Positions 24,341-33,712 of a stretch of 44,927 nt of DNA are shown one piece after another. Origin of the DNA: a virus; IMG/VR virus record IMGVR_UViG_3300045988_159056, one strand, 5' to 3'. Each line of letters starts with the position of its first letter. The stretch's first letter is position 1. Below the pieces are notes generated by a model that saw nothing but the letters and a program-made list of their open reading frames with translations, was not told the origin of the DNA and did no database searches. Made by a program: the position numbers and the translations under genes.

Positions 24341-24780
24341 TAGATATAAAGGTTTACCGTGAATACTGGGAAGGCGTGCAAAAACGTATTCCTGAAATAA
24401 AGAAAGTGCTACCCGTTACCATTGACGAGGAAATGAGTAAGACGATACAGGGACTATCAAAAGAAGAATGTCCGGTGCTCTTTATTCTGATCCCGTCGGG
24501 AACGGGTGCCAGCCTTTCGGCTGATAATGTGAGAGAAAATAATTTATGCGTTATTTTCCTTATGAGTAAGTACGATCCCCAACGGAAAGGGGCTTATGAG
24601 ACTATCGAAGAGGTGCAGCCGGTTATGGAGCGTATCAAACAAATGCTGATAGAAGATTCTGCCACCGGTTGCCCTGTCACTAAGGAACTGGATTTAACCA
24701 GCCTTTCCACTCTTCCGGAATCCGGCTTTTACCGGACGTTTGCAGGGTGGAGCCTGGCTTTCTCATTTAAAACAGAATAG
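24337..24780 (+). CDS. Hypothetical protein
   Basis: ATG 24337 in an ATGA overlap with the lysozyme stop. Soluble, 147 aa. Confidence 0.55.
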   Translation: MIDIKVYREYWEGVQKRIPEIKKVLPVTIDEEMSKTIQGLSKEECPVLFILIPSGTGASLSADNVRENNLCVIFLMSKYDPQRKGAYETIEEVQPVMERIKQMLIEDSATGCPVTKELDLTSLSTLPESGFYRTFAGWSLAFSFKTE

Positions 24781-24784
24781 CAAC

Positions 24785-24991
24785 ATGAAAAATAAACCCA
24801 AAGTTCCAACCTGTGGTAATTGTATCCATTTAAAAAAGAGAAACAATGATAAAACCATAATACGGTTGAAGTATGCGATAAGTATGTATTACTGCCCTAA
24901 CAGGTGGTGGTGCGGTGGAAAACCGCAAAATACAAATATTTGTGAACTGCATGAATTTAAATGCAAATATGACAAAGATAATGTTCAATAA
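24785..24991 (+). CDS. Small Cys-rich protein
   Basis: ATG 24785. CGNC...CPNRWWCGG...C..H..KC pattern suggests metal binding. Confidence 0.45.
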   Translation: MKNKPKVPTCGNCIHLKKRNNDKTIIRLKYAISMYYCPNRWWCGGKPQNTNICELHEFKCKYDKDNVQ

Positions 24992-25000
24992 AAATTAAAC

Positions 25001-25183
25001 ATGAATTTTACAGCTTGGTTTTTTATAACTGTAATAGTTACTATTGTTACCATTGGAGTAAATAGTACATTGTGCACCTATTGGGAATACAAGTATAAGT
25101 CGCAACAGGCTACAGAGAAAAAGCCCGATACGGAAGAAAAAGAGAGATGTCCCCGGATGAAAGTTACTGGTTTCAAACAATAA
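25001..25183 (+). CDS. Small single-TM protein (holin candidate)
   Basis: 60 aa with TM segment WFFITVIVTIVTIGV and a charged C-terminus. Lies 660 nt downstream of the lysozyme. Confidence 0.35.
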   Translation: MNFTAWFFITVIVTIVTIGVNSTLCTYWEYKYKSQQATEKKPDTEEKERCPRMKVTGFKQ

Positions 25184-25192
25184 TAGTTCATT

Positions 25193-25603
25193 ATGGCCGA
25201 GAACTTTAAAACGGATTTTTTTACCGACCGGATCGGGCGTGGAATACAGGACATATTTCAAGCCCAACTGGATATCGCTACCAAACGGATTTACCAGAAA
25301 GGCCGTAAGCGTAGGAAAGTACAGGGAACCGGGGAGATCATACAAGGGCGATCCGGTGCATTAATGGCCGCACTACAGAACCCGAATTATTCGGTCGTTC
25401 CAGACGGCGAAGGAGTAATCGCACGTTCTAACCTTCCATTATATACCCGCTTCCTGGATATGAAGAAACACGGTAATTACCAGATTTATAACCGGCAGAT
25501 ATACGGGATTCTATATCATGACACACTCGGGAAGATTAAATATGAATATCAGGATTATGTAAGGGAAAGGGTAAAAGAAATGTTTGCCAGTTCGCTAAAA
25601 TAG
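25193..25603 (+). CDS. Hypothetical protein (head-tail joining position)
   Basis: 136-aa ORF, last gene before the moron. Confidence 0.5.
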   Translation: MAENFKTDFFTDRIGRGIQDIFQAQLDIATKRIYQKGRKRRKVQGTGEIIQGRSGALMAALQNPNYSVVPDGEGVIARSNLPLYTRFLDMKKHGNYQIYNRQIYGILYHDTLGKIKYEYQDYVRERVKEMFASSLK

Positions 25604-25650
25604 GTAATAAAATTAATACCTAAATATTTGGAGGTAATGATTTTATTACC

Positions 25651-25658
25651 TATCTTTG
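25651..25658 (+). promoter_or_regulatory. -7 box tatctttg for the DUF4160/DUF2442 module
   Basis: Same octamer as at 462 and 5831. 27 nt before ATG 25685. Confidence 0.4.
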
Positions 25659-25684
25659 TATCAGTAATCAAAAGACAAAGTATA

Positions 25685-25924
25685 ATGCCAACAATATTTA
25701 TTTTATTCGGTTTTCGATTCATGTTTTATTCTAATGATCATGAACCTATACATGTACATGTAGTTAAGGGAAATGCTAAAGCTAAATTTACAATATTTCC
25801 CGTGAAGTTAGTTGAGAATAACGGATTGAAAGCGTCAGAATTAAAGCTCGTGGAATCTGTTATAGAAGAAAATCAGGAGATTATAGCAGAGCATTGGAAT
25901 AAATTTTTTAATGGTGTAAAATAG
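25685..25924 (+). CDS. DUF4160-family protein
   Basis: MPTIFILFGFRFMFYSNDHEPIHVHV matches the DUF4160 N-terminal signature (MP.I..F.G....y.nDH.PPHfH). Confidence 0.75.
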   Translation: MPTIFILFGFRFMFYSNDHEPIHVHVVKGNAKAKFTIFPVKLVENNGLKASELKLVESVIEENQEIIAEHWNKFFNGVK

Positions 25925-25931
25925 TGTAGTT

Positions 25932-26345
25932 ATGGAAGATATTATTAAAGTGGATAAAGTGTGGCTTACTGATACAGCTATATGTATACGTACTTCCGAC
26001 GGTAAGGAAGCAAGTGAAAAATTTGCCGATTTCCAGAGGTTAAAGTGGGCTACTCCGGAACAAAGGGGTAATTATGAAGTAACTCCTTATGGGATATATT
26101 GGCCGGAACTTGATGAAGATTTGAGTTTTGAGGGTTTTTTTATAAAAAAACAAAATAATGTGTTGTATGATTTATTTATAGCACATCCGGAACTTAATGC
26201 ATCTGCAATCGCTCGACGGCTGGGAATATCACAAAGTTTATTTGCCCAATATATAAGCGGAACAAAGAAACCTTCACAGGAGCGCGTAAACCTTATATTA
26301 GATACTATTAAAAATATAGGGAAAGAATTGATCGCGGCAATATAA
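25932..26345 (+). CDS. DUF2442 domain fused to a C-terminal XRE-type HTH
   Basis: N-terminus KVDKVWLTDTAICIRTSDGKE...YGIYWPELDEDLSFEGFF. C-terminus IARRLGISQSLFAQYISGTKKPS. Confidence 0.7.
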   Translation: MEDIIKVDKVWLTDTAICIRTSDGKEASEKFADFQRLKWATPEQRGNYEVTPYGIYWPELDEDLSFEGFFIKKQNNVLYDLFIAHPELNASAIARRLGISQSLFAQYISGTKKPSQERVNLILDTIKNIGKELIAAI

Positions 26346-26355
26346 AAAGACTTCC

Positions 26356-26589
26356 ATGTTACGGGTTATCGATGTAGATTATATCAAGGCTTATAAACTT
26401 GCTATAACTTTCAGTGACGGATGTAAGAAGAAAGTGGATTTAAAACCTTATCTTATGGGTGAGATTTTCGGAGAATTATTGGATGATGATAAATTTATTC
26501 AATATGGTTTAACTCGTGTAACAATCGAATGGGCGAACGGTGCGAACTTTGCACCAGAATTTTTGTATGAGATTGGTATAACCGTATAA
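26356..26589 (+). CDS. DUF2442-family protein
   Basis: VIDVDYIKAYKLAITFSDGCKKKVDL...IEWANGANFAPEFLYE. Confidence 0.7.
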   Translation: MLRVIDVDYIKAYKLAITFSDGCKKKVDLKPYLMGEIFGELLDDDKFIQYGLTRVTIEWANGANFAPEFLYEIGITV

Positions 26590-26601
26590 AATTAAGACGC
26601 T

Positions 26602-26844
26602 ATGAATATAACGTATGAAGATATTTTCTTTCTTATCGGCTTTTTCCTGGTAATAGCTTTTTTCGTAGGATGTAAGCATAAACCGGCTACTTTATCCGGG
26701 TGGCTTGCTTTTGCCTTTCTTTCCTTTACCGTGACGCCGCTTATATCGGTTCCTCTAACCTGGTACGTTTGCCGGATGATAGATCGGGCAACAATTAAGG
26801 ATAAAGAATGTTTTGATCCTTCGGATTTTACCTTTAAGAGATAA
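26602..26844 (+). CDS. Small multi-TM membrane protein
   Basis: 80 aa with two or three hydrophobic segments. Co-directional and followed by a terminator. Confidence 0.45.
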   Translation: MNITYEDIFFLIGFFLVIAFFVGCKHKPATLSGWLAFAFLSFTVTPLISVPLTWYVCRMIDRATIKDKECFDPSDFTFKR

Positions 26845-26869
26845 AATACTTTCTTCTTAGTATAATAAG

Positions 26870-26898
26870 CCTGTAGAATGGTTCTACGGGCTTTTTTT
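26870..26898 (+). terminator. Rho-independent terminator closing the moron
   Basis: cctgtagaa pairs with ttctacggg, then a T7 run. Confidence 0.6.
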
Positions 26899-26927
26899 GT
26901 GTCCTTTTCCGCCATTTTGCACCAGGA

Positions 26928-26935
26928 TAATTTTG
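26928..26935 (+). promoter_or_regulatory. -7 box taattttg upstream of the tape-measure gene
   Basis: TAnnTTTG match 20 nt before ATG 26955. Confidence 0.4.
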
Positions 26936-26954
26936 CCTTATAAAATTTAAGTTT

Positions 26955-29900
26955 ATGGCAAAATTAAAACCTGACTACATCGAATGGGTGTTAACCCTGA
27001 ACGCATCCGACGCACAGAAAGAAATACATAATCTTTCAGAAAAAAACAAGGAACTCCGGGATAGCAATAAGGAGATAAAAAAGTCCATGACCGATTTAAT
27101 CGCCGCCGGAAAAGCCGGTGGTAAACAATGGAAAAATCTAAATGAACGGCTGAAAGAGAATAATAAAACGATCGGTGAAAATAATAAGAAAATTGCCGAG
27201 TGCGAGAAACGGTTGGATAAAACCACCATGAGCGCGAACCAGCTTGCCAGGAAAGCCAATGCCTTACGGAAAGAGCTTCGCGATACGGTGAAATCCTTGC
27301 AACCGGAAAGATATGCCGCTCTGGAAAAAGAACTGAAAGAGGTAGAGAAAGCATACGGGCAGGCAACGAAAAAAGCCGAAGGGTTCGGTTCTTCCCTTCT
27401 TTCCTTGAATAAGATAAAAACAGTTCTGGCCGGTGTGTTTGTAACTATCGGTGCGATGATTACCGGGCAAATTGTCGGCGGGTTGAGAGATGCAATCAGT
27501 ACTATTGTGGAGTTTGAGAAGAAAAATAGTACTTTGGCCGCTATCCTGGGAACCACGAAAAAGAGTATCAAAGATTTAACGGATGAAGCGCGCCGACTGG
27601 GTGCTACTACTTCTTACACAGCCGCACAGGTAACGGAACTTCAGATAGAGCTTGCCAAGCTGGGATTTTTTAAGGAAGATATTAAAGCGATGACGCCTTC
27701 CGTGTTGAAATTCGCTAAGGCGGTAGACACGGATCTTGCTTCGGCTGCTACGCTTGCCGGTGCAACATTGCGTATTTTCAATCTTGATGCAGAAGATACG
27801 GAACGGGCTGTTTCTACCATGACTATGGGATGTAACGCATCCGCTTTAAGTTTTGAATATTTAAATACCGCTATGTCTACCGTTGGTCCGGTTGCTAATT
27901 CCTTCGGATTCACGATCGAAGAAACTACCGCTCTTTTGGGGGCTTTGGCAAACAGCGGTTTCGACGCTTCTTCCGCAGCAACGGCAACGCGTAATATCCT
28001 GCTTAATCTGGCTGACGGTACCGGCAAGCTTGCTCTTGCGCTTGGCGGTCCGGTTAATAACCTGGCGGATTTGGTAAAGGGACTTAAAAAGTTAAACGAT
28101 GAAGGAATAGACTTGAACAAAGCTCTTGAAATGACCGATAAACGTTCCGTTGCAGCCTTTAATACTTTCCTTAACGGGACTGATACCGTATTGGCTCTTT
28201 CCGGTGCGGTTACGGGTGCGGAAGACGCTTTTAACGCCATGGCCGAAGAAATGGGTGACAACGTGCAGGGATCATTAAACGTATTAAGTTCCACTATTGA
28301 AGGAGTTGTTTTACGGTTCTACGAATCGAAGGGAATTTTACGTGATTTGATCGATTTTGTTACATTCCTGGTAGAAGGCGTTGGTAACATGATTGATATG
28401 TTTAATAAATGGGGAGTTGTCACTTATACCGTTACAGCTTATCTGGTTGCTTATTACGGCGGGTTGAAGATCGCTACTATGTGGCAGGCGCGTTTTAAAA
28501 CGGCTACGCTTGCTTCGGTTGTCGCTGAAAAGGCGCACGCCGTACAGCTATATATTAGCCGTGCGGCTGCTTTGGCTTATGCGGCAGCCCAGGCGTTACT
28601 ACACAAAAATACTACCAGATGTACGGCAGCACTTCGGTTAATGAGGATCGAACTTTTGAAGAATCCTTATACGGCTTTGGTTGCGGTTATATTGGCGGCG
28701 GGAGTTGCTATTTACCAACTTGTTAAAAAAAATAAGGAGGCGACAGAATCGGTTAAAGCCTTGGGATCGGCAATGGAAAGAACTACAAAACGATATGATG
28801 AACAGAAAGCGAAAGTTAAAGCTTTGATTGACGCCATACATGATGAAAATATTTCCAATACATTACGGGAAAAGAAAATACGTGAATTGAAAGAGCTAAT
28901 TCCCGATTATAATGCGGAGTTAAGCAAGGAAGGAAAGGTTATACGAGAAAATAAAAAAGCCATAGACGAATATTTAACTTCCCTGGAAAAACAGATAAAG
29001 GCGGAAGCATTCAGGGAAGAACTGATCGAGTTATACAAAAAGAAATTTCCGAAAGAAAGGGAATTGGAAAAGAATAAAGAGGAAGAAGCAAAGGCTTCCA
29101 ATTCCTTAGCCGGTGCACGTATTGGGGCTTCCATGCGTTCTTCCACTCTTTCAACACCCGGGACAAAAACTCTTAATCAGGGCTTAGACCAGAATGTTAA
29201 GAGCATGGAAACAGAGTATCGAAATGCCAAAAAGAAAACGGAACAAACCGAGAAGGATTTAAAGGAAATAACAGACGCTATTGCTGTTATTAATCGGGAA
29301 CTTTTAACTACGGAAATGCAAATTTCATCCGTAGGTACCACTAACGTAGACAACGTAGTAAAAGAAACTTCAAAAATTAAACTATTGGAGGCTGAAAAGA
29401 AAAAGGTTCAGGAACAGTGGGCGGAAGACAGCGAAGCGAATATCGCCAAGAAAAACAAGGAAATAGAACGCATTGACGCTGAAATAAAACGTTTAAATGA
29501 ACTGGGGAAGGTCAAAAAGAAAGCGGAAGCTGGGGAGTATAAAAATACGGAAACGGACGCTACATTAAAACCTCTGGAGATTGAACATCAAAAACGTATG
29601 CTTCTTATCAAACAGAACCGGGAGAAGGAAAATAAGACGGAAGCCCAGTACATTCTCGAAGGGACGGCGGAAAATCTTCGTTATTACCGGGAACGTATTA
29701 ACGCACTTCAAAAACTGGAGGCAAAAACACCGGCTAATAAAAAGAAATTACTCGATGAAATCCATAAACTCGAAACCGAGGCGGAAACCGCTATTTTTAC
29801 AGAAACCGGCAAACAGGAAGACGCCCGTATCAAGCTGGCACAAGAGAAACGGGATGAACGGTTAAAGATTGAAACCGCTTATTACAATATCCAGAAGGAC

Positions 29901-31298
29901 ACCATGGAAAAAGCGGTATTAAATCAAAGTATTACACAGGAAGCGGCTGACGCCTATATGCTGGAAGTTGAAGCGGAACACACTGCGGAACTCCTGGAAA
30001 TAAACCGTACCTATCAGAATGATATAAACGCTTTGGAATTTAGCGGGGAACAGAAACGACTGAACGCGGTTACGGAAGCGGCGGATGCTGTTCGTAATTC
30101 TGAAATGCAATTATTACGGGATAGAGCGGCTATTGCTCAAAAAGTTCGTGAAATAACATCCGTTCCGATAGGAATAACCGGTATGCAAGAGGCACACCGG
30201 AAACAGGTTCAGGATGTAGAAACGACTTATAACGCCATAATTGAGATAGCAAGACAGGCCGGGATTTCTACGGTCAGTCTGGAAAAACAAAAGCAACAGG
30301 AAATTAATCGGTTAGATTTCCAGTATCAGAATGATTTATACCAGATACAAGCACAAATCGGCGTATCATGGGCACAAGAATACCAAAACGAACTGGCATT
30401 ATTAAGAAACTTACACGATCAGGGATTAATAAACGAAAAGACATATCAGCGTAAGAAGCTGCAACTGCAGATGAATAATGCTAAAAAATACTTTGACTAT
30501 TATTCCGGTCTTTCCTCTTCCATGGTGGAAGCTATTCAGCAAGCCGAAATCGACCAGGTGGAAGCGAAATACGATGTTCTCATACAAGAGGCTGAAAACA
30601 ACGGGGAAGATACTGCCGCTTTGGAAGAAGAGAAAGAAAATAAGAAACTGGAGATTCAAAAGAAGTATGCGGATGTAAATTTTGCCATCAAATGTTCCCA
30701 GATCATAGCAGATACGGCCGTTTCAATAATGAAAGCATATGCAGACCTCGGCCCCATTGCCGGAACCGTAGCTGCAGTAATGTTGGGGGCTACCGGTATT
30801 GCCCAGCTTGCATCCGCTAAGGCCGAACGGGATAGAATTAAAAATATGTCCCTGAAAAATACTACCGGTAGCAAAAAAAATACGGCGGAGCGTGTTGTTT
30901 CCGGATCTTCCGGTGGGGGATACTCGGAAGGTGGTTATACCGGTCCCGGTGGTCGTTATGAAGTGGCCGGAGTTGTTCACAAAGGGGAATATGTCGTACC
31001 ACAACCGGAGATGAATAATCCTAAAGTAATTGACGCGGTTAGCACGATCGAAGCGATCCGGCGGCAGCGTACCAGTGCCAACCCATTACCACAAAACCCG
31101 GGTGAATATGCGGAAGGCGGTTACGTCACTTCTCCTGCAGGGGATTCTTCTTACCGGGAGTTTCTGGAAGCAACTAAAGAGCTTCGCGCCTCTTGTGAGG
31201 CTATCAAGCTTATAAAGGCTTATATCGTATACCAGGATTTGGAAAAGGCTAAAGAAACCATAGATAACGCCCGCGATACCTTTACACGCGGAAAATAA
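26955..31298 (+). CDS. Tail tape measure protein
   Basis: 1447 aa. Long coiled coils, a TP901-type core (AILGTTKKSIKDLTDEARRLGATTSYTAAQVTELQIELAKLGF), central TM segments and a Gly-rich C-terminus. Confidence 0.9.
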   Translation: MAKLKPDYIEWVLTLNASDAQKEIHNLSEKNKELRDSNKEIKKSMTDLIAAGKAGGKQWKNLNERLKENNKTIGENNKKIAECEKRLDKTTMSANQLARKANALRKELRDTVKSLQPERYAALEKELKEVEKAYGQATKKAEGFGSSLLSLNKIKTVLAGVFVTIGAMITGQIVGGLRDAISTIVEFEKKNSTLAAILGTTKKSIKDLTDEARRLGATTSYTAAQVTELQIELAKLGFFKEDIKAMTPSVLKFAKAVDTDLASAATLAGATLRIFNLDAEDTERAVSTMTMGCNASALSFEYLNTAMSTVGPVANSFGFTIEETTALLGALANSGFDASSAATATRNILLNLADGTGKLALALGGPVNNLADLVKGLKKLNDEGIDLNKALEMTDKRSVAAFNTFLNGTDTVLALSGAVTGAEDAFNAMAEEMGDNVQGSLNVLSSTIEGVVLRFYESKGILRDLIDFVTFLVEGVGNMIDMFNKWGVVTYTVTAYLVAYYGGLKIATMWQARFKTATLASVVAEKAHAVQLYISRAAALAYAAAQALLHKNTTRCTAALRLMRIELLKNPYTALVAVILAAGVAIYQLVKKNKEATESVKALGSAMERTTKRYDEQKAKVKALIDAIHDENISNTLREKKIRELKELIPDYNAELSKEGKVIRENKKAIDEYLTSLEKQIKAEAFREELIELYKKKFPKERELEKNKEEEAKASNSLAGARIGASMRSSTLSTPGTKTLNQGLDQNVKSMETEYRNAKKKTEQTEKDLKEITDAIAVINRELLTTEMQISSVGTTNVDNVVKETSKIKLLEAEKKKVQEQWAEDSEANIAKKNKEIERIDAEIKRLNELGKVKKKAEAGEYKNTETDATLKPLEIEHQKRMLLIKQNREKENKTEAQYILEGTAENLRYYRERINALQKLEAKTPANKKKLLDEIHKLETEAETAIFTETGKQEDARIKLAQEKRDERLKIETAYYNIQKDTMEKAVLNQSITQEAADAYMLEVEAEHTAELLEINRTYQNDINALEFSGEQKRLNAVTEAADAVRNSEMQLLRDRAAIAQKVREITSVPIGITGMQEAHRKQVQDVETTYNAIIEIARQAGISTVSLEKQKQQEINRLDFQYQNDLYQIQAQIGVSWAQEYQNELALLRNLHDQGLINEKTYQRKKLQLQMNNAKKYFDYYSGLSSSMVEAIQQAEIDQVEAKYDVLIQEAENNGEDTAALEEEKENKKLEIQKKYADVNFAIKCSQIIADTAVSIMKAYADLGPIAGTVAAVMLGATGIAQLASAKAERDRIKNMSLKNTTGSKKNTAERVVSGSSGGGYSEGGYTGPGGRYEVAGVVHKGEYVVPQPEMNNPKVIDAVSTIEAIRRQRTSANPLPQNPGEYAEGGYVTSPAGDSSYREFLEATKELRASCEAIKLIKAYIVYQDLEKAKETIDNARDTFTRGK

Positions 31299-31307
31299 AT
31301 AACCATT

Positions 31308-33455
31308 ATGCTAAAGATCAAGACGAATAAAGGATATTTGGATCTAGGAGGGGATTTTACCATGCAAATAGATGAAAAGTCCCCGGTAATGAATGACAGA
31401 GGAACGCAGACGGTACCCGTAACCGTTCCTTATACTCCAAATAATGCAAAATTAACGGGGTTTGCACATCGGATCGACCTTTGCCGTAAACCGCTTGCGG
31501 ATGATGCGACGTGTACCGTCCTGGATGGGGTTTATAAACGGACCGGAAAAATAAATATCGTTTCAGCCGGAAAAAAAGAAGGTACGACTTTCAATATAGG
31601 TTTTGATAATTCCGAAGCTTACAACGCATGGAAAGCCAAGAAATTAAACTCCATGGAATTACCTGTAAAGGAATATAGCAGCGTTACTTCTTTGTGTACC
31701 CATCTGTTACAGGTTCTAAACGGATATAAGACGGATTTTGCGGTATTCCAAATAATGACGGCTAACGAATCCCTGAACGGTGTTTCTTATCCGAAGTATC
31801 TTAACTATATTTATCCGACAGCAGAGGGAAGTACTATTTATAAGTTGAGATATGAAGCAAGACAGGAAACATTTTTAGTAAATGGCACTCCAACGGAAGT
31901 AACTTTGCCTTTAGGCTATGGTATTACCGCTTTTTTATATGTATGGCGTGTGCTGGAACTTATTTTCTCGGAGTTCGGATATACTATTTTGGAAAACCCA
32001 TTTAAAACGGATAAGGATCTTTCCCGACTTGTAATATTAAACAATGCAGCCGATTGTTGCGTAAAAGGGGTATTGAAATATGCGGATTTAATGCCGGATT
32101 GTACCGTAGAAGACTTCCTGAACGCTTTATATGTTCGTTTTGGTATGGTATATAATGTATCATCCGATACTATGACGGCTACGATCCGACTTATCAGGGA
32201 TATAATAAAATCATCTCCGGATATTGATTTTTCCAAAGAGATAACCGCTTATCCTATTACCACCTATGAAACTGCCAAACAGATAAAGTTATCGGCAAAA
32301 ACTTCATTTACCGGTGCAGCTCCTTCCGTGGAACGCCTGGAAGATTATTTGAAAGAAAATCAGAATATTGCAAAATTGAACAGGGTTGACACTTCAAAAC
32401 GTGTGAACTATCTTAATTTTGAGAAAACAACCGGCAAATGGTATAAGTGGGATTCTGAAAACAACCGGCTTACTTATTCGTCTTCCAGCTTCTTTAATTG
32501 GGACAGGAAAACCGGCAATATAGAAGATAATGAATTATCCAGTGATGACGAATGTGTGCCGATGGATTTTGCCGCGAACAATATTCTTACACCTCAATAT
32601 CTTGCTTCTTATGTACATCGGTATACTTATTTGAAGAACAACAATACCTCCAGTTCTGATGAAGATTCAGAAAGCGAGGAAACACCGCTTTCTTTTGCCT
32701 TCTCTTTTGTAGGTACGGCGAATTGTGGTTATCCTTTCGGTAGTTCTCTTTCTGTTGGACCATCTGGTGACAATGTACGTTTTTATGACGGAACAGAACA
32801 TAAAATATCCCTTCTTTTCCAATTTGAGAACGGATTATTTGTGAACTTTTGGAAAGGATACGACGCTGTTTTAAGACATTCTTTTAATCAGATAGAAGCA
32901 AATATACTACTTCCGATTCATAGTATTGCGAAAATAGATCTCCTTAACACCGTATCACTATGCGGGCAGATATTGCTTCCCGATAGTCTCTCTTATTCAT
33001 TACCGGCAAATAAGATTGTTCCGGTAAATCTTATGTTGCGGACACTTCGGTTAATTGAACCTTATAATCTTGATGAAGAACATTATATCCCGAATTTTGG
33101 AAATACTTTGTATATATGGGAGTTTAGAAGTACGGATATAGAAAGTATGATGGAAAAGGAAAAAGAAAGAGCTTATCATGAAGCTTGGACACCTGGCGCA
33201 ACTAAAATAGAATTCGTCGAATATAGTTATTCCATAGATGGGTATACAAACAGGCATAACGATAATTACCTTGTTGAAAATTATCCGGACAATGAGGAAG
33301 CAACACTGGTTCGAACATATAGATGTAAGACCTCTGTTACTTTTAAGATATATAGCTATATATCAAATCCCAATGATCCGATATCTTATAATAAAACTAT
33401 CGAATCGGAAATAGAATATACGGATACATTTATATCAGTTCTATATAATGGATAA
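31308..33455 (+). CDS. Tail tip/baseplate protein (Dit/Tal position)
   Basis: 715 aa, directly after the tape measure. Confidence 0.5.
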   Translation: MLKIKTNKGYLDLGGDFTMQIDEKSPVMNDRGTQTVPVTVPYTPNNAKLTGFAHRIDLCRKPLADDATCTVLDGVYKRTGKINIVSAGKKEGTTFNIGFDNSEAYNAWKAKKLNSMELPVKEYSSVTSLCTHLLQVLNGYKTDFAVFQIMTANESLNGVSYPKYLNYIYPTAEGSTIYKLRYEARQETFLVNGTPTEVTLPLGYGITAFLYVWRVLELIFSEFGYTILENPFKTDKDLSRLVILNNAADCCVKGVLKYADLMPDCTVEDFLNALYVRFGMVYNVSSDTMTATIRLIRDIIKSSPDIDFSKEITAYPITTYETAKQIKLSAKTSFTGAAPSVERLEDYLKENQNIAKLNRVDTSKRVNYLNFEKTTGKWYKWDSENNRLTYSSSSFFNWDRKTGNIEDNELSSDDECVPMDFAANNILTPQYLASYVHRYTYLKNNNTSSSDEDSESEETPLSFAFSFVGTANCGYPFGSSLSVGPSGDNVRFYDGTEHKISLLFQFENGLFVNFWKGYDAVLRHSFNQIEANILLPIHSIAKIDLLNTVSLCGQILLPDSLSYSLPANKIVPVNLMLRTLRLIEPYNLDEEHYIPNFGNTLYIWEFRSTDIESMMEKEKERAYHEAWTPGATKIEFVEYSYSIDGYTNRHNDNYLVENYPDNEEATLVRTYRCKTSVTFKIYSYISNPNDPISYNKTIESEIEYTDTFISVLYNG

Positions 33456-33499
33456 AATCCGTCCTTTTCTCTTTACTTCTTTACTAAGACTTTTGCAAT

Positions 33500-33712
33500 A
33501 TGGAAAAACAGAATAATGTATTGCTTGCATATACATCCGTACAAGTTGCGGAGATTTACAAACAATGGAAGGATCATTATACGGGTAACATGTCCGACTT
33601 TTACACGTTTATGACATCCCCTTCCATTGAAAGGGAACGTTTTGTTATATCTCTGGAGCTTCAAAGTGAATTAACAGGCGGTTTTATCGCAACAAATCTG
33701 ACAGTAAAATGA
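33500..33712 (+). CDS. Hypothetical small protein
   Basis: 70 aa, ATGA-coupled to the next gene. Confidence 0.45.
   Translation: MEKQNNVLLAYTSVQVAEIYKQWKDHYTGNMSDFYTFMTSPSIERERFVISLELQSELTGGFIATNLTVK

Noticed and set aside
26592-26915. 107-aa minus-strand ORF opposite the small membrane protein
   Set aside because: Its product is Lys/Arg-rich and low-complexity, it runs against the local transcription direction, and it spans the terminator. The + strand TM protein is the better call, though itself only moderately supported.
25193-26955. Searched for the usual tail-chaperone pair with a -1 frameshift immediately upstream of the tape-measure gene
   Set aside because: The genes in that position are the DUF4160/DUF2442 moron. 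No two-ORF slippery arrangement is visible there. The only in-phase slippery site I found is at 12878-12884, in an unrelated gene.
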